From Amphiscolops sp. MND2022 (lineage: Eukaryota): 64,000 nt of DNA. The translations under genes were made by a program, and so were the position numbers. Below the pieces are notes generated by a model. It had not been told where the DNA came from. It did not search any database and was given only the letters and a program-made list of their open reading frames with translations. Below are positions 11,748 to 25,721 of the stretch, piece after piece. Position 1 is the first letter of the stretch; each line of letters opens with the position of its first letter. Where the stretch lies: positions 16,678,001 through 16,742,000 of the forward strand of contig OZ076414.1 in the NCBI GenBank assembly GCA_964187785.1, in the 5' to 3' direction.

Positions 11748-14700
11748 TGGTGACAGTAATTAACGAAGCTCCTAATCCTGTTCTTAGGATCTTACTATCC
11801 AACTGTGACCATAACGATTCCCTTGACACGACCTTAGCCGCGCCGGAACAAAACGCTCCAATGGCCGCACAGGACACAATAGACTGGTCTACGAAAGTCA
11901 ACCTCAAATGGAAAATACGAATTCTGTAATTCACATTGGATTTTGACTTTTGAAGAACTAATCATAGACAGCCTAATCGACACTGAAGCATTATCCAGTG
12001 CAATTCCTGAAACGGACCATCGGAAAATCCGTTTTTTTTCTCCTTAATCAGTGATCCGAGAAGGTCCTCCTCCAAACTTTCAAACAATGGTCGCTAATGC
12101 CAATTAGAAACCGCAAAAGTACATTTGAATTGCAATTCGAGGTTGCTGGCATCGAGGTCCACGAAATGTTCATAAAGATGGAGAAATTAAAGGGACCGAT
12201 AATTGGATAATTGTTTCTCCAGAGAAATCATAGACTCCTAAAAATGCAGCGAGGCATTCTGAATTTTCCATTTCTCTCGATGCAGCTGAAAACGGCTGAT
12301 CATCGTTCCTCCAGAGCCCATTCTAAACACAACACAATTCCACCGAGTTACAGGATAGTAATCAGGGCAAATACACAACTGTATACTGAAAAATCCGACA
12401 CTGGCATTCAATTAAGTAGTTCTTCGACCAAGTGATCACTTGCACGAAGTAGGTGATATTTTCTTCTGTCCGGCTTTAAACACCCTAAATGATAGAAAAA
12501 TTCAGATACCAGTTAACAACTTTACCGAGCACCCTTACAAACTTACGAAGGGACTCCATTTTGCCAAATTTTCCGTCATGACTCCAGAACAGATGAAATA
12601 TGTCAAACCTGTTGACCCAACTTCAACCTGGTACCTACTGCAAAACGACCAGGATCAAGCATCTCATTATGGCAGCAGCATCATCAAAACAAATAAAAAC
12701 TCGCAAAACGCTTGAAACAATTGGTTTCGTACCCCAGAACTCTCTGGAAACACCAACGAACACAAGCCTAATTAGAATAGAATCCAACAGGAATTACAAG
12801 CCCTACAGGACTTAGAGACCTTTCCCTTGATCCCACAAAAGACTCAGAATCCAGGACAAAATTCTCAGAAAACAACGATTGGAAAGACTGCACGCTTGCA
12901 CTTGATGAGATTGCGCGATTCAAGGAACTATTAGATGATTTCCATAACGTCTTCGCTGGACACCGATTTGACATCGGATTGAACGACGAGTTCAAGTCAA
13001 ATTGACGCCTAAAGACAATTCCCCAGCATACCGCCAGAGCCTCTCAGCCCCAATTCACCTCAAAGAGGACATTACACAGATACGGCATTTTACCACATCA
13101 CCATTCTCGAAATATGCAAGCCCCATACTCGCGCAAAAGTAGCCATATCGAAACCTCCTATAGTTAGTCGACTTGCAAAAAACCAACAACCTTCTTTCGG
13201 TTGGTGATATAAACAATAATCACCCAGTTAGCACGCTGATCGACTCTGCCGAACATATGGCAGGCACGAAATTTTTTGAATATTGGATTGTTCGCGGGCG
13301 TACCATTGCCTACATGTGGTTGGACAGCGATCAATAGAGATGTTGGCATTCAATTTTGCTAGTTGCACATTTGCGTACAGACGTTTGGCACAATGCTTTA
13401 GCCGGGAGCGTTCCGCATTTTCCAGCTTTATGAGGGAATAACTTGATAAAGTCATAAAGCTGATCACTGTGCTCAGTACGTCAACGACATCGGGATTGCA
13501 GCCAATGATGCCGACCACCTCATAGCGGACCTAAAAGCAACTTTCACGTGCATCTAGAAAGGTGAGGGCTTATACTCACAATGCACAAATGTTATGTTGG
13601 TGCAACATATTTGACTTCCTCGGAGAACTAATACTCCTCAAGGTGTTGAACCCCAGAAACAAAACGTTCGAAACTTCCTTGAAAAAAAAACAAACTTCTG
13701 ATGTTGAAAAGGGCTTGTCAACGCTATTCGCAATTTTTGAACTATTACCAAAACTACGCTCCAAGACTGTGTCATTGTGTCTAAAAAAAGGTTCAACATT
13801 TTGAGGAAATTAACAAAGCACTCGACAAATGATGCGATCTAGCCCTACAACAGCCTCTCCCCGATAAGCAAATTGACCTGATGACAGATGCCATTTTGGC
13901 TGCTGAAGGATACGTCGTCCTTTTTGAAGACGACGCACACCAGAATATCACTTCGCTTCGCAAATCATATGCTTCGGTGGCTTCCAGCTCAAAAACATTC
14001 GCCCCACACAAATCAAGATGTCATTTTATGCAACAGTTTCCAGCGAGTTCCCAGCGATAAACTTTGCTTTCAAAGAACATGGGCATTTCTTCTGGGAGCG
14101 GTCATTATCCTCACCGGTAATGAAACTGTAACTAAATTTTTCCAATCGAAAAGCGTTCCCCTTCTACTGTAGAATGCTTTTAATTACGTCATTCAATTCA
14201 ATTTTGTCATAGCACACATCGCAGGAAACTACTTGTCCCGTCTCGAAGTGGATACAAAAGACTAGTTGGGTATGAAAATCCCAGAAGATGTACAAACGGG
14301 TCCAATCGAAATCAACTCTCAATCAGCCGGTGCAACGGGAGAAGACCAAATCTTCCTCACTACCGACGAAACTGAGGAACAACATTGCGAGCGAAAAGCG
14401 GAAATCAGACGCATTCTGCCAACTCAGAGCCTACAATAACGATACAAACTGGAAGAAAGTTAACTAAATCGTTATTGATTATTCTTAGGATGCAGTACTG
14501 CAACAACTTAAGGCCAATCTTCCTCATGAAGAATACTCAGAAAAAAATACTGAATACTGCAACAAGATGCCCGATACCAACAATTCGCAAACAATTTAGA
14601 ACGCATCATGGTCAAAGAAGACATCATGACCCGACAATGCTTTGACAAAACAGTACCACCAGATACTTCTCCCACAACACTCACTTCACGAACTACTTCA

Positions 14701-16330
14701 ATCCCTTCACGGAACAGCCCTTAAACGTCCAAGGATTTCAAAAATGTTGCAGGAGATCAGACAAAAATACTTTTACCCTAGCATAAGGAAACACGTAAAG
14801 AAATGGGTAGAAGGGTGTCAACATTGTGCAAAAGACAAAAGAGTACTCAATGCAACGTCTACACCCGAATAGCTCAATTCGCCGGAATGGGATCTTCACT
14901 CAGTCGACGCGATGCCAGTCGATCTATTATCGAACTTCCCCCAAGTGGTGGATACGAAAACGTGCTACTTGCATTAGTTGTCTTTTCTCGTTTCTATTTG
15001 CATATCTTTTTACAGATGCATCGTCAATCAATCTGACAAAAGTCATCATTGATATTAAGACCAAACCTCTAGATTCATCAACTACACTGATTACTGACAA
15101 AGGATCTGCGTTTAATTCCACGATTAATGCGGAAATTACACAAGTTTTGGGAGTTACACTGAACTATGCAACTACCAAACATCCACGAACAAATGGAAAA
15201 CTAGAACGAATACATGCCTCGCTGAAGTCAAACCTTGAAATGGCAAGTGGGGATAACCGCATAAATTGGCATTAATACTTGCCTCTCGCAGGTCTGAACC
15301 ACAAAAAAAGTTACCGCGCGAGTTTTGGGTGCGACCCGACACGGGTATTCCATAGCCGTTTTGCTCTAATTAACTTGGATCTTAGACCTGGGAACAACCC
15401 CAATGAGCAAATTATTCCTAAAACTGAATTGCCAATGAAATACAAAACTGAATTAGTCTGCTCATTGACAAAACGAAACAAAACATCATACACTTCTATC
15501 TCAAATACGAAACGGAGAAAAAATGTTCGCAAGGCAAGAGCACAGCATCACTCAAGGAATATGAGTACCTTTTCATATTGCAGCCCAAAGGTGACCACCA
15601 AAAGTCAAAAAGCCTATTTCGGGATTACCATTGGGAAGGCCCATTCTTAGTCCAAAAGGTATTACCCAACGAGAAAAATATCATATGCCAACTCAACACA
15701 AACAAATTGCAGATATTAGACAGAAATTGACTCGAGAAGTTTGTTCCCAATCAATCTCTTGAAGACAATTATCGTGAAGGAAAATTACAGCCGTATGAAG
15801 GAATCATCATTCCGCAAGACGACTTATACACGAAAACTTGGGAAGCAAATTTAGGTGACCAATTCGAGTCACGATGCAATTCGTCTAATTCGTCCTAAGA
15901 ATCAACAGGGGAAGAGCCGGTTACGTCAAACGCCAAGAGAAAACCGACGTTGATTACTTGAGGAAACGAGTTTCTGCAAATTTACGTCAACGTGACAGCC
16001 CAGCGACAAAGCTAGCTAATAAGCCGTGACGTTACCGAACGAAAGCAGCGTATGAAGCCGATCCGAAAGGAAATTCTGATTGGCTATATTCGGCCGTCTA
16101 TCCCAAATCCCAAGAAAAAACTTCGCCGAATTCGTCCAAAAGTCAGGCAGAAGATGAAAACTTTATTCAGGGAATTTCTTCTGCTGAGAACGATACGCAA
16201 TAATGCGGGGGATGATATTATCGTTCTTGAATGTTCCCAAACGGTTAAAAATAAAAATTTGAGTCTAGAGGGGAAATACAACCTCAGACCTAATCCCAAC
16301 TCAAACTACTCAGAAGAATACAGATACTGA
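11200..16330 (+). pseudogene. Gypsy A gag-pol remnant (many stops and frameshifts)
   Basis: Protease-like LIDTEALSSAIPE (~11975). RT AFNFASCTFAYRRLAQ and YVND (13477-13488, from YVDD). Integrase zinc finger ...LHGTA...WVEGCQHCAKDK (~14700-14835). Integrase core LITDKGSAF...HPRTNGKLERIH. Ends ...YNLRPNPNSNYSEEYRY* at 16330. Confidence 0.9.
11748..11756 (+). promoter_or_regulatory. Primer-binding site (TGGTGACAG; tRNA-Leu-like), partly decayed
   Basis: Immediately follows the LTR end. Same core as the fuller PBS at 42722-42739 (minus). Confidence 0.7.
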
Positions 16331-16549
16331 AGACTGTATTTCATGCAATCATAGTACTCTTTTCTCTTGTGTCTTTTACTGGTCCCGTCTTTATTAAATA
16401 TTGGTCAACTGGCCAGAATCGTTTTCAGAGACCAATTTTACAGTGATTACAAAAGTTAAAGTATACATACAAGCAGCAAGAATATAAATAAACACAAACA
16501 AAATAAATTTTCAAAAGTACAGTTTAGAATTACATAAATATGTATGTAC

Positions 16550-19500
16550 ATTTGGTCATTAGGAGAATCTAATGCTGAATCTTCAACAACTGACGAAGGA
16601 GTTAAACGGGCGACAATGACCTGACGTTTCCTCTTGGAAATTCTGGGACTTCTACTGCAGTTTTATCAGCTGCGAAAGTCCCACATTTACCCTAGTACTC
16701 CCGCTTGGGTAACACGCTTTTTGTGTCCAGCCCAGACAGCTTTATGGGACGTCGCCAACTACTTGTACTTTGTAGCGCGGTGAAAATGTCCACATACGTC
16801 CAGGGGTCAAATTCAGGATTGAAAAGCAGATCTACCAGAATTTGCTGCAAGTAAAGAAAATCCGGTAAGGCTGGAATCCTGGTTGCAGACCTAAACCGAA
16901 TCAGGCACTTCGGCCAAATAGCTTTGGCTGGGAAAAAGCATATCAGTAATACGTCCCTGAAGACCAAAATTGTCAAACGCTCTCAAATTTAACAGCAAGG
17001 TATTGGGGGCTGTGAACAGTTATGCATAGACATAAAAACTTCATAACTTGAATAAGTATAAGAGATAGGCCTAGGTCTGCAAGAACTCGAGATCCTTGAA
17101 AAACTCAGTCAAATCTTGGGAGACGTTTGTAATTTCAAACTCAGCAGAAAAAGTCGTTTTAGGGAAATCGAGAAGTTTTAAATACTGATCGCTACGGGCA
17201 GCCTCATATATGCTAGTCATCCAAGAATGGAGCTGGAAAGTGCTGTAGAGAAAGTCGAAATGCAGGAGTGCTATTTCTAAAGGACGTCTAAAATTGAAGG
17301 GATCAAAGGCAGCCAATTTTTTGACGAGATCGGAAGTCAGTTCTATTTTCTGCAACATTCCGCCCAACAGAATGCTCATGTAATTAAGAGCATCAGAGCT
17401 GAACCCAGTTTTGACCTTACCTATAGTTTTCTGTATAACATCCTTGTCACTACTTTTTTCTACATGTATCTTTTCTGCTTTGAACTTGCGAACGGTTTCG
17501 ACCTTGCTCGTCAGCTTCAAACGGTCGAGGAACTCTTCTTTAGGCATGAAGGTGCCCTCGTTGAGTCGGAAAGTTAGCAATTGAAACCAGCTGTTTTCCA
17601 GTGGGACGGTGTCTGGAGTGTAACACCGGAAGTAAAGTTGATGAATGTAGCGGCTAACCGCCCACAGAGGAAGAAAGAGTCGTCCGACGCTGCTCTAGAT
17701 TTTTGCTAGTTACACATCTTTATCTATAAACATAAAATACCCAAGTTCTGGCAGGAGAAAAGAAAAAAGGAGATGGAAATAGTTGAATTTAACAAAATTC
17801 TCACAATCATTAACAAGCCTGAGGATGAGTGCCAGACAGACAGTAATGAATTTGCCACAGAGGAGCGAACACTCAAGGCTCTGGGGCTGAAAGGAACACC
17901 AACGTCTTAAAACCGGATAAGGATAGATACCCTACAGAAAAAACTTAAGCCCAAGTTAGCCCATGAAGGAATGAATAACCTGATTTCGAACCCTTTGTCG
18001 TGGGGCATTGTCAGTCAGGTATTGGCGTACAAGTTTCCACTGAAAGAGGAGTTCCCGACAGAGCTGTAACAGTGTCTTGATTGCAAGATTACAGGAAGCG
18101 ATGACCGTAAGAACACGAGGGGCAATGTTTAAACATGTCTAAGGTACGCCCTTTCTGGTGTACAGCTAAAGGCAATATACTCACTCAGCTAAGCTCTGGC
18201 GATAGCTGGGACCCGTCGTCTAGAGATACTCCAAGTGACACTAATAAGGTCTGCAGCACGAAGAAGTAGTCGATTTTTCCGAGGACACTGAATCTGGAAT
18301 TATGCATGAGTTCTGTAAGGACAATTGTTCGAAGCAGTAGCATGATTGAGGGGAAAGGAACTGAGAGGAGCCTGGACAAAGAACCGAGTTCGCCTATGAG
18401 TGATCAATAACCCGCACCGGCATACAGAGACCCGGCAGAGTTTTTTCTCTGCCAGAAACAAACGGACTTGAACTTGTCGGATCACACCTTCTGTACAGTT
18501 CTGCAGACACTTGCCTGTCCTGCATGGGGCAATTGAAATAGTGCTGGAACACTGCCTAAAGAAAACAGAAGTCCTGCCATAAAACCAACATACAAAACAA
18601 CATACAAAAGGTCTAAACGTGAAAGTGAGACCTCCAGTGAGTTTTCTTCGCCCAGGTCGAGATTGCAGAAGGTACCCTGATAGTTGGTGTATGAGCCAAT
18701 TCTGGATCGAAAGTTTCGGAGTAAAAATAAACCTCAATGACTTTGAATGTAATCCGCGACAATGCTGAGCTGTATTTTGATTATTGATTCAGGGGTGCCT
18801 AAAGCAGTACTGCTTCCCTTCATAAAGTCATCATAAAATGGGAAGCGTTCCCTGATATCCACCATCTCAGCATGGATGACCCGAGGCAGCTCCTGAACCA
18901 ATTTCAGCTGAGTGAATCTTTTGCCGTTTCCTCCTCTGACCCTGCGTTGGACTTTCCCACTGACTGGGTCCACGCTCTTCAAGTGTTCGTAGCGCCTCAT
19001 CTGGTCCTTGATAGATGCTTTTTGGTCCTATGGTGACACAATATTTCTTCTGTTTCCTTCAATCTTGATCTCCAGTTCTTTGTGCATAGATGGCGCCAGA
19101 CCGTATGAGGGTTATGCAAGGGGTTTACCGGTCTGGATATAGAGGATCGGGTCTACCCAATTTTGTTGAAAAACTCCTCTCACAATGGAATGATTCGCCG
19201 GGGAGCTCTTATCTCTCGCTTAGCTGGCTTCGGATTAGGTCCAGTGTGGCCCTTCTCTGAGAGACCTTGCTCGCGGACTTGAGATAGAGTTACATCTTGG
19301 CCACTGAGACTACTTAAATCGGGACGCTCTTTGGCGACCATTGAAATTTCTCACGCAAAAGCTATTGGTGTGGGGTTACCAGACGAGGATTGCTGGAACG
19401 TTTGCTCCATTAAAGCCATTTCGCCAGCGCTGTCATTTTTTTCAACCGATACTGATCTTCGGTTTCTCCGCAGGCACTGGATGAACCAATAGTCACAGAT

Positions 19501-19600
19501 TCTGGGTCAGGGTTAGTGATGAAACCTTCTGGACTGGAATCGTCGGGGTAATCCCTATATGGGGTGGGAATTCTTCCCGGGGTTCGGAAATGGTCAATCC
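16550..19600 (-). pseudogene. Main part of a large decayed antisense gene inside Gypsy A; zinc-finger (BED/C2H2-like) plus possible hAT-transposase-like region
   Basis: Protein-like fragments in colinear order on minus: VWRHLC...EEILCHHRTKKHL (19105-19015), RRYEHLKSVDPVSGK, AVFQHYF, and the 169-aa ORF 17071-17580. A clean GTGAGA...pyrimidine tract...CCAG intron lies at 17804-17748. Family assignment is inference. Confidence 0.6.
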
Positions 19601-19619
19601 TGTGTGATGCTATGATGCA

Positions 19620-20200
19620 TGTCCTCGAGTGTTTTTATAATCTTGAAATATATCTGAACTTTTTGCCCTGATAACTTGACAGACGTCACTTCATTTAGAA
19701 GTTAACACTTTAGAATTAAAACGCTGACCTTCAATAATAATCTCATTATAGTTTCATTATAGAAGTAATCTTCCTGTAATTTTGTCTGTTATTGAGATAT
19801 ATGAATCTTTCCTAGGAATGAGATTCAGTCTAATCTGTCTTAGATGTAATCACTGTAACTTTAAAATCAGAAGAATAACTCGAATCTTGTTTTGAAGACG
19901 ACTTCTAATCGGAGAGAGAAAGAAGAACAACCTGAGATCTCAGTCCTACTAGAACTTGTGAACAGAATAACAGGCTAGCTACTTAGAACGGTTTTGCTTA
20001 GAACTTGAAAACGTCCTATGTTTCATCTAAAAGAACTAAAAGAACTACCTCAATGATTCGTGTTGGCTTTTGCTTCTTCGTTCCAACCGCAGACGGGCGA
20101 TGCGTGTTAGTTTCTCCACAGTGCTATCCAGCGGTTCCTGCTACTTGAGACTCCGGTTCTAGCCGTTTGGATCAACTCGTTTGGAATTGACACACCTTCT
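19620..20200 (+). repeat. Possible LTR / 5' end of nested Gypsy B
   Basis: Non-coding block abruptly replacing the antisense ORF. No second copy in the window; boundaries approximate. Confidence 0.3.
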
Positions 20201-23200
20201 GTGCAATAACTTTCTTGTTCAAACCTTTTTTGTACACCTTCTTTTCATACATTTTTTTCTAGTATACATTTAGTTTTCTCGAAACAGTGCTACAGGATAT
20301 AAATCCAACATTATAAATATATTACATACAAAATAAAAAATATTATAATACATTCGGTGAAGATACAATACGATACTATAATACACATTTTGTTACAACT
20401 TATATTAACATAACAAAATATTATTTCACAATACATAACTAATTCTGTAAATGCTGTAAAGGCTGCTTGCTCCTATCTTGCGCTGAGACTTGACAAACTT
20501 TACGCCGCACTGGTCAGTTGCTTACTACTGTGGACCGTTACTAGTTACCGACAAAGCGAACGTTACCGACAAAGCCTGGTTTTCTTGTTTTAAAAGACTG
20601 TATTTTTTGGTTGGTGGGTCCGTTGTGACCCGTGCGTTCTCGTGTGGTCCTATTTTTCCACTGAATTGGATCCGATGTGATCCTGCACAAACTTGCCGCT
20701 CTGTAACTTTACGCGCTCCGTCTCTCCAACAATGAGAGTAGCTTTTTGTTCGCTTTGACTCTAGCGAAAAGTTGTGAAGATAAGGAAAGTTAATTAGTCT
20801 CCGGTCCTGAGACCCAACTTGACTATAGCTATTCAGTGGAAAATCTCTATCTAAGAGTGGTATACATATCGTTTACATTTCTACAGTAATAATAAGCAAA
20901 TATAAGTAAGTATAAATAAATGACATTTAGAGCATAGTATGAAGTTATTGGCTAAGTGAACATCTATGTGGTGGTTTTGGCATGTTGGTTAGGTGGGCTA
21001 GAAAGTATGTTTACACAATGTATTTATCAGTAATTTCAACCCAGTTACACTTCTTTGAAATCATATGAAAAAATCACATATAAATTTGTCTATCAAAATT
21101 GGGTTTTCATGGGGTCAGACCTAGGTCACTTTGGGTGTTAATAGATCCAAACCCAGGATGATACGGGGTTGGGTAACCCGAGTGAAAAGTTGGGGTAGCA
21201 CCACGAGTGTATCTATGCCAAGATTCGAGGTGATTGAATGAGCGGTTCACCCGGACTGGGGGTGGTGTTTTTTCCCACAGGCATATTTCTGCTGGAACTC
21301 GTAATTCTCCATATCAAATCTTATCTTGATAATTTTTCTTTTTCCTTTTTCCAAAGGATTCAAGTTGCATCATCATTTCTTCCAATGATGCGGCCGGCCC
21401 TATGCAAAGCCCATTTTCCAATTTTGTTGTTGTTTGTGCTTTTGAGGAACCCAATCGCGTTTCCACTAGCGATAACTCAGCTGCAAATTCATCTATCACA
21501 ATCTTTGCATATAGGATGTCAGTTGGATTCAATTGAACAGTTTCGACCATTCCATGTAATAGGCTTGAGCTGTTTCCATGCTCGTTTCTCAATTTGCTTG
21601 CGGTGGCCATTGCTCAGTTTTATGTACGCATTAGGGTTAGCTTGTGCCACTGCATCCATTCCCGAAGTTTCCTTTACCTAGCCAATAGTTACAATTCTCA
21701 CCGTCGTATGGAATGATTTTGTCCAGCAGTTTTTCGTTCAAGTCAACGTCATGTTTTCTCCCAAATGACACATTTACGGATTTTGTTTCATTACTTGCGT
21801 TCTCTTCAGCCGGTTCATCTCGTTCCAACAAACGACTGAAGGGTCTTCGAAATATCGCTATGCTACTTAAAACTTCATGAAGTTCATTTTGGCACTCATT
21901 CACGAATCCAAGTTCTCTGTCCACTTGAGAACACATTTTTCATTCTTCAAGTGTTAGAGTGTTGAGAGTAGCATTCATTGCATTCCTTGATTGCAATTGA
22001 GTTGAATGTTTCTCTTTTACAAGCTGTTGTACAGAGGCCACATTTATTTTCTATTTCAGCAAATCAAACGTTACAGAAAGTTCTTCCGAGGTTTAAAAGT
22101 TTGATGTAATTGCGACACGTTCATGTTCGTTCTTTTCTTCTGTAATTGAGAACTTCTTGTTCTCTTCTTGTTTGACTTTATTATGGTCACCTGCAACAAG
22201 TTGCATTTCTTCTTGCCAGACTTGCTTGATTTCTACGGAGAGGGTTTTAGTGCTGACTTCCTGCCAGTTGCATTCTACAACGAAAGGTGAGTTCTCCTTA
22301 TTTGCCTTGAACTTCCCGGATACACTGCAGTTGGGGGCAAACAATCCCATGCTCCACCAAAGTTTCATTTGCCCCGCTAATGGGTCCAGTTCTGGTGCGA
22401 AAAGCTTTCAGTTGCGAATTTCGCACTTTCTTGTTGAGGCAAGGGTCTACTGAGGATCCAACCAAGCTTCGTTCGCACTGCCCAAGACTTTGCGTTTCCA
22501 CAGTTGCTATGGTCTATTGCTCTGCGCAAGTGATAACAATCTTGGCCCAAGATGACTTTGACATCTTTCAAGTTGACGGTAGAGTCTCTCGGAACTGACA
22601 GGTGAGGGTATGTTTCCTTTAATTTCTTGAGGTTGTACGTTCGATTTCCCGCGTATACGCTGGGATGACTATAGGTAGTGATGTTTTCATTGACCTTTCT
22701 ATCTTGATTACAAATGTTGACTCTAAGTCTTTTGCTACTGATATCTGACGTTCCATGAATCCCTGCAACATTCAAATCCACTGGCCGTCCTGCCAGATTT
22801 AACGTTTTCATCGAACTCCACAACCGACAAACTAGCTCCAGAGTCCCACAAAGCAAACGTTTTCAGAGTTTTGCCCCCTTTTCCTATTGCTACTGGGACG
22901 ACTGGAAGAACATCACTGCTTCTCATTGAGGACAGGTTGGAGACCTCCACGGCATTTTCAACATTGTGTTTTTGGTCCACGTTCTTGTATGGTAAATGTA
23001 GCATTCTGTGATGAGGTTTTCCGCAACCATTTACCTCGCAGAGTCTGCCGGAGCACTTTCTCATCTGATGGGCGTCTGACAAACATTGGAAGCGCAATCT
23101 CCACTCTTTCGTCTTTTGTCCTCTTTCTTCGACGTTCATCATCTTGAAAATCTCACGTTTCCATTATGGATGTTTGCCGTCTTTCAACACACAAACTTTT

Positions 23201-25427
23201 TGGTTCTTCGAATTGTCAGTTGCTGTGTTTGTTGCTGATGTTGCAAACGTGGAGCCTTCTGCCTTTTCCTTGTAGATCGACTTCGCGCGATCAGCGTTCG
23301 GGTTTGAAGACAGCAGCTCATCTGGCTTTTCTGCTGTATCATTGGGCCATTCACTGAACACAGCGAGTCCAGGTTGATACAGGTTCATTTGTTTGACATA
23401 AGTGAGTCAATTTGTTTTCATGTCCAACGTTAACTTTCTTATGGCGCTGCCCAGAGTTCTGAGTTTAGGTCTCCCACATAGTTGAATTGTCTCAGAACAT
23501 TGACTCGACATTATTCTCGCATACTTGATCAAAGCAGCTCCCTCATAAAGTTTGATCGGTGGAAAGGATAAATTCGCTTCAGTTGTGCAATTACAAACAA
23601 TTGAGGTTTTCCAAAGTTTCAAACTAGAACGGTCCAAGCCACATTCCTAATCTCAGCTGTGTATCCCAAGCCAGCAATCGCCTCCGTGGCCTTGCCCGTG
23701 ACCATGGTTTTCAGGTGATTCGTCTTTACTCTCTCGTCCATATTCGCTGCGAGGACGGTTGTTTGGAAAAGTTGCGACCACTCTGGCCACTCCAAGGGGT
23801 CCCCGGAAAACTCTGCCAGCTTCAGTTTTGGCAAGCTAAATCTGATGAAGTAGTCATCTCTTGTAGTTTTGACAAAGTGTTTGTCCTTTGACTTGGCAAA
23901 TGCTGCTTCTGTGTGTTCGCGAACTGCAGAACATTGAATGAACTGCTTGGGTTCCCTCCATTCGTAGGCGGTAACTACCTTTGTCCTGCCATAAGACGGG
24001 CATTGGACATTGACGGCTTCGTTGTAGCGAATTTCACTTCTGGATGTGCTGGTGCCCTTTGGCTGACAGCACCTATGTCAGGCTTTGTTCTATCTTTCCG
24101 TTATCTCACATTGTGGCTGTTGTGGATATGGTCGATTGCACTGAAGGTTTCAAGTACCTCACTTGTTCTCCGTGCGTTGATCGTAGTGTAATCACTGGTG
24201 CTGAGACGGACGTTTGCTGGTAACATAGTGGCAGGTTGACGGAGTGAGCCACGCTTTCACCTTCTTCTGTCTTGTCCATCCATCCTGGAACTTTCGTCAG
24301 ATTGCCATCTGGAGACCCGACCGGTGAGACACTTCGGAAGCTGGACCCACAACCGCTTGCGCCATTTGAAGTTCCTTTTCAGCAATTTTGGTTTGTGGGT
24401 CCTCTGCTCTTGCAAGCCAGCCATCTCCTCTTGCCAGCCAGCTATCTTAACTTCTTTCGCTTCAGGTCTCAGTTTCTCCAGGCGGGTTCTCTTCTTGCTC
24501 TTTCAACGCTTTCAGCTCCAAATCGAGAATTCGTCTAACACTTGACGTTTTCGAGAACACAACAGATTTGTTGCTTTTGGTTTTGTCACTTTGCGATGTA
24601 TGCTCAATTCTTCTAATTGCAATTATCTAGCCTCATTTCTTGGCTTTTGTCTGTCATCCTCGTTGTGATCATCGAGTTTCTTTTGCTCATCGTCTGGTTC
24701 CGGTTTCTTTTGTGGTGAGGTACATTGTTCACTGGATTTGTCTGCTGCCGAGTTTGCACGAGCGTCTGCTAGTCTTTGTTCAGCGTCTTCAAGTCTTGTC
24801 TAAATGGCTGCCTCGTCTCCTAACTTCAAGAGAGCTTCAATTTTTGTTTTGATGTCAGAACGTTTCTGCAGCAATTCTTGACATGGTGCAGCATAATCTT
24901 TTTCGGCGACAACTTTGCCATTTGCAATTGAATCCTCCCGCAACTTTTCGTTTCTAACCATTATTTCATCAATAGCAGGTTTCTTTTAGTCAAGACCCAA
25001 GTTGTTTAGTGTCTGATTTTGTTCTTCCAATAGTGACATTAGTCTTTTCACTCTTCCAATGCTAGAGTTTTGTTGCTGCAACTCAACTAATCGGCTCTGC
25101 ATTGCTTTGTTCACTGCTGAGAACATTTCGGGTATGTGCGGGTGGACTTGTCATTGATTGCAATTTCGACTGCCTTAATGAGCCCATCTCCCCTGTTTTT
25201 GGCATCTGTTCGTCTTAACAGTAAATCTGCTATCTGCTTGTCGTCAACATTGCTAGCCAGGTTCTCATCAAATTTTTTGACAGTCTTACCGTGCTCGACA
25301 GCTACATTCCAATAACTCATCGTTTGAGCTTTGTCAGCAGAGTTCTTCAGAAAGTTCTGATCTTGTTGATATCAATCCCTTCAGGTTCTGCCATCTTTTC
25401 ACGTCTCGATCGAACTCAGTCCCCAAA

Positions 25428-25625
25428 GTCACAATAGCCCAAACTCCAAGAGTCACAATAGCCCAACCTCCTAGAGACACAATAGACCAATCTCCCAGAG
25501 ACACAGTAGCCCAATCTCCCAGAGACACAAGAGCCCAATCTCCAAGAGACACAGTAGCCCAATCTCCCAGAGACACAGTAGCCCAATCTCCCAGCGACAC
25601 AAGAGCCCAAACTCCAGAGACACAA
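25428..25625. repeat. 24-bp minisatellite (about 8 units, GACACAGTAGCCCAATCTCCCAGA)
   Basis: Directly visible tandem units; translate as (SLGDWATV)n on minus. Confidence 0.92.
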
Positions 25626-25721
25626 AATCAGAGACTCGAAGATCCATACAATTGTTATACTTGGGCAATCGTCTCAGTTGTCCACCAATTAGTCGTCTTC
25701 GTCCTCGTCTTCTTCTTCTTG

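Noticed and set aside
25428-25625. Regular short repeats resembling a CRISPR array
   Set aside because: Units are head-to-tail with no unique spacers, there are no cas genes, and the context is a eukaryotic retroelement; it is a minisatellite.
25416-25668. Cys/Trp/Leu-repeat ORFs as real proteins
   Set aside because: They are alternative-frame translations of the 24-bp minisatellite.
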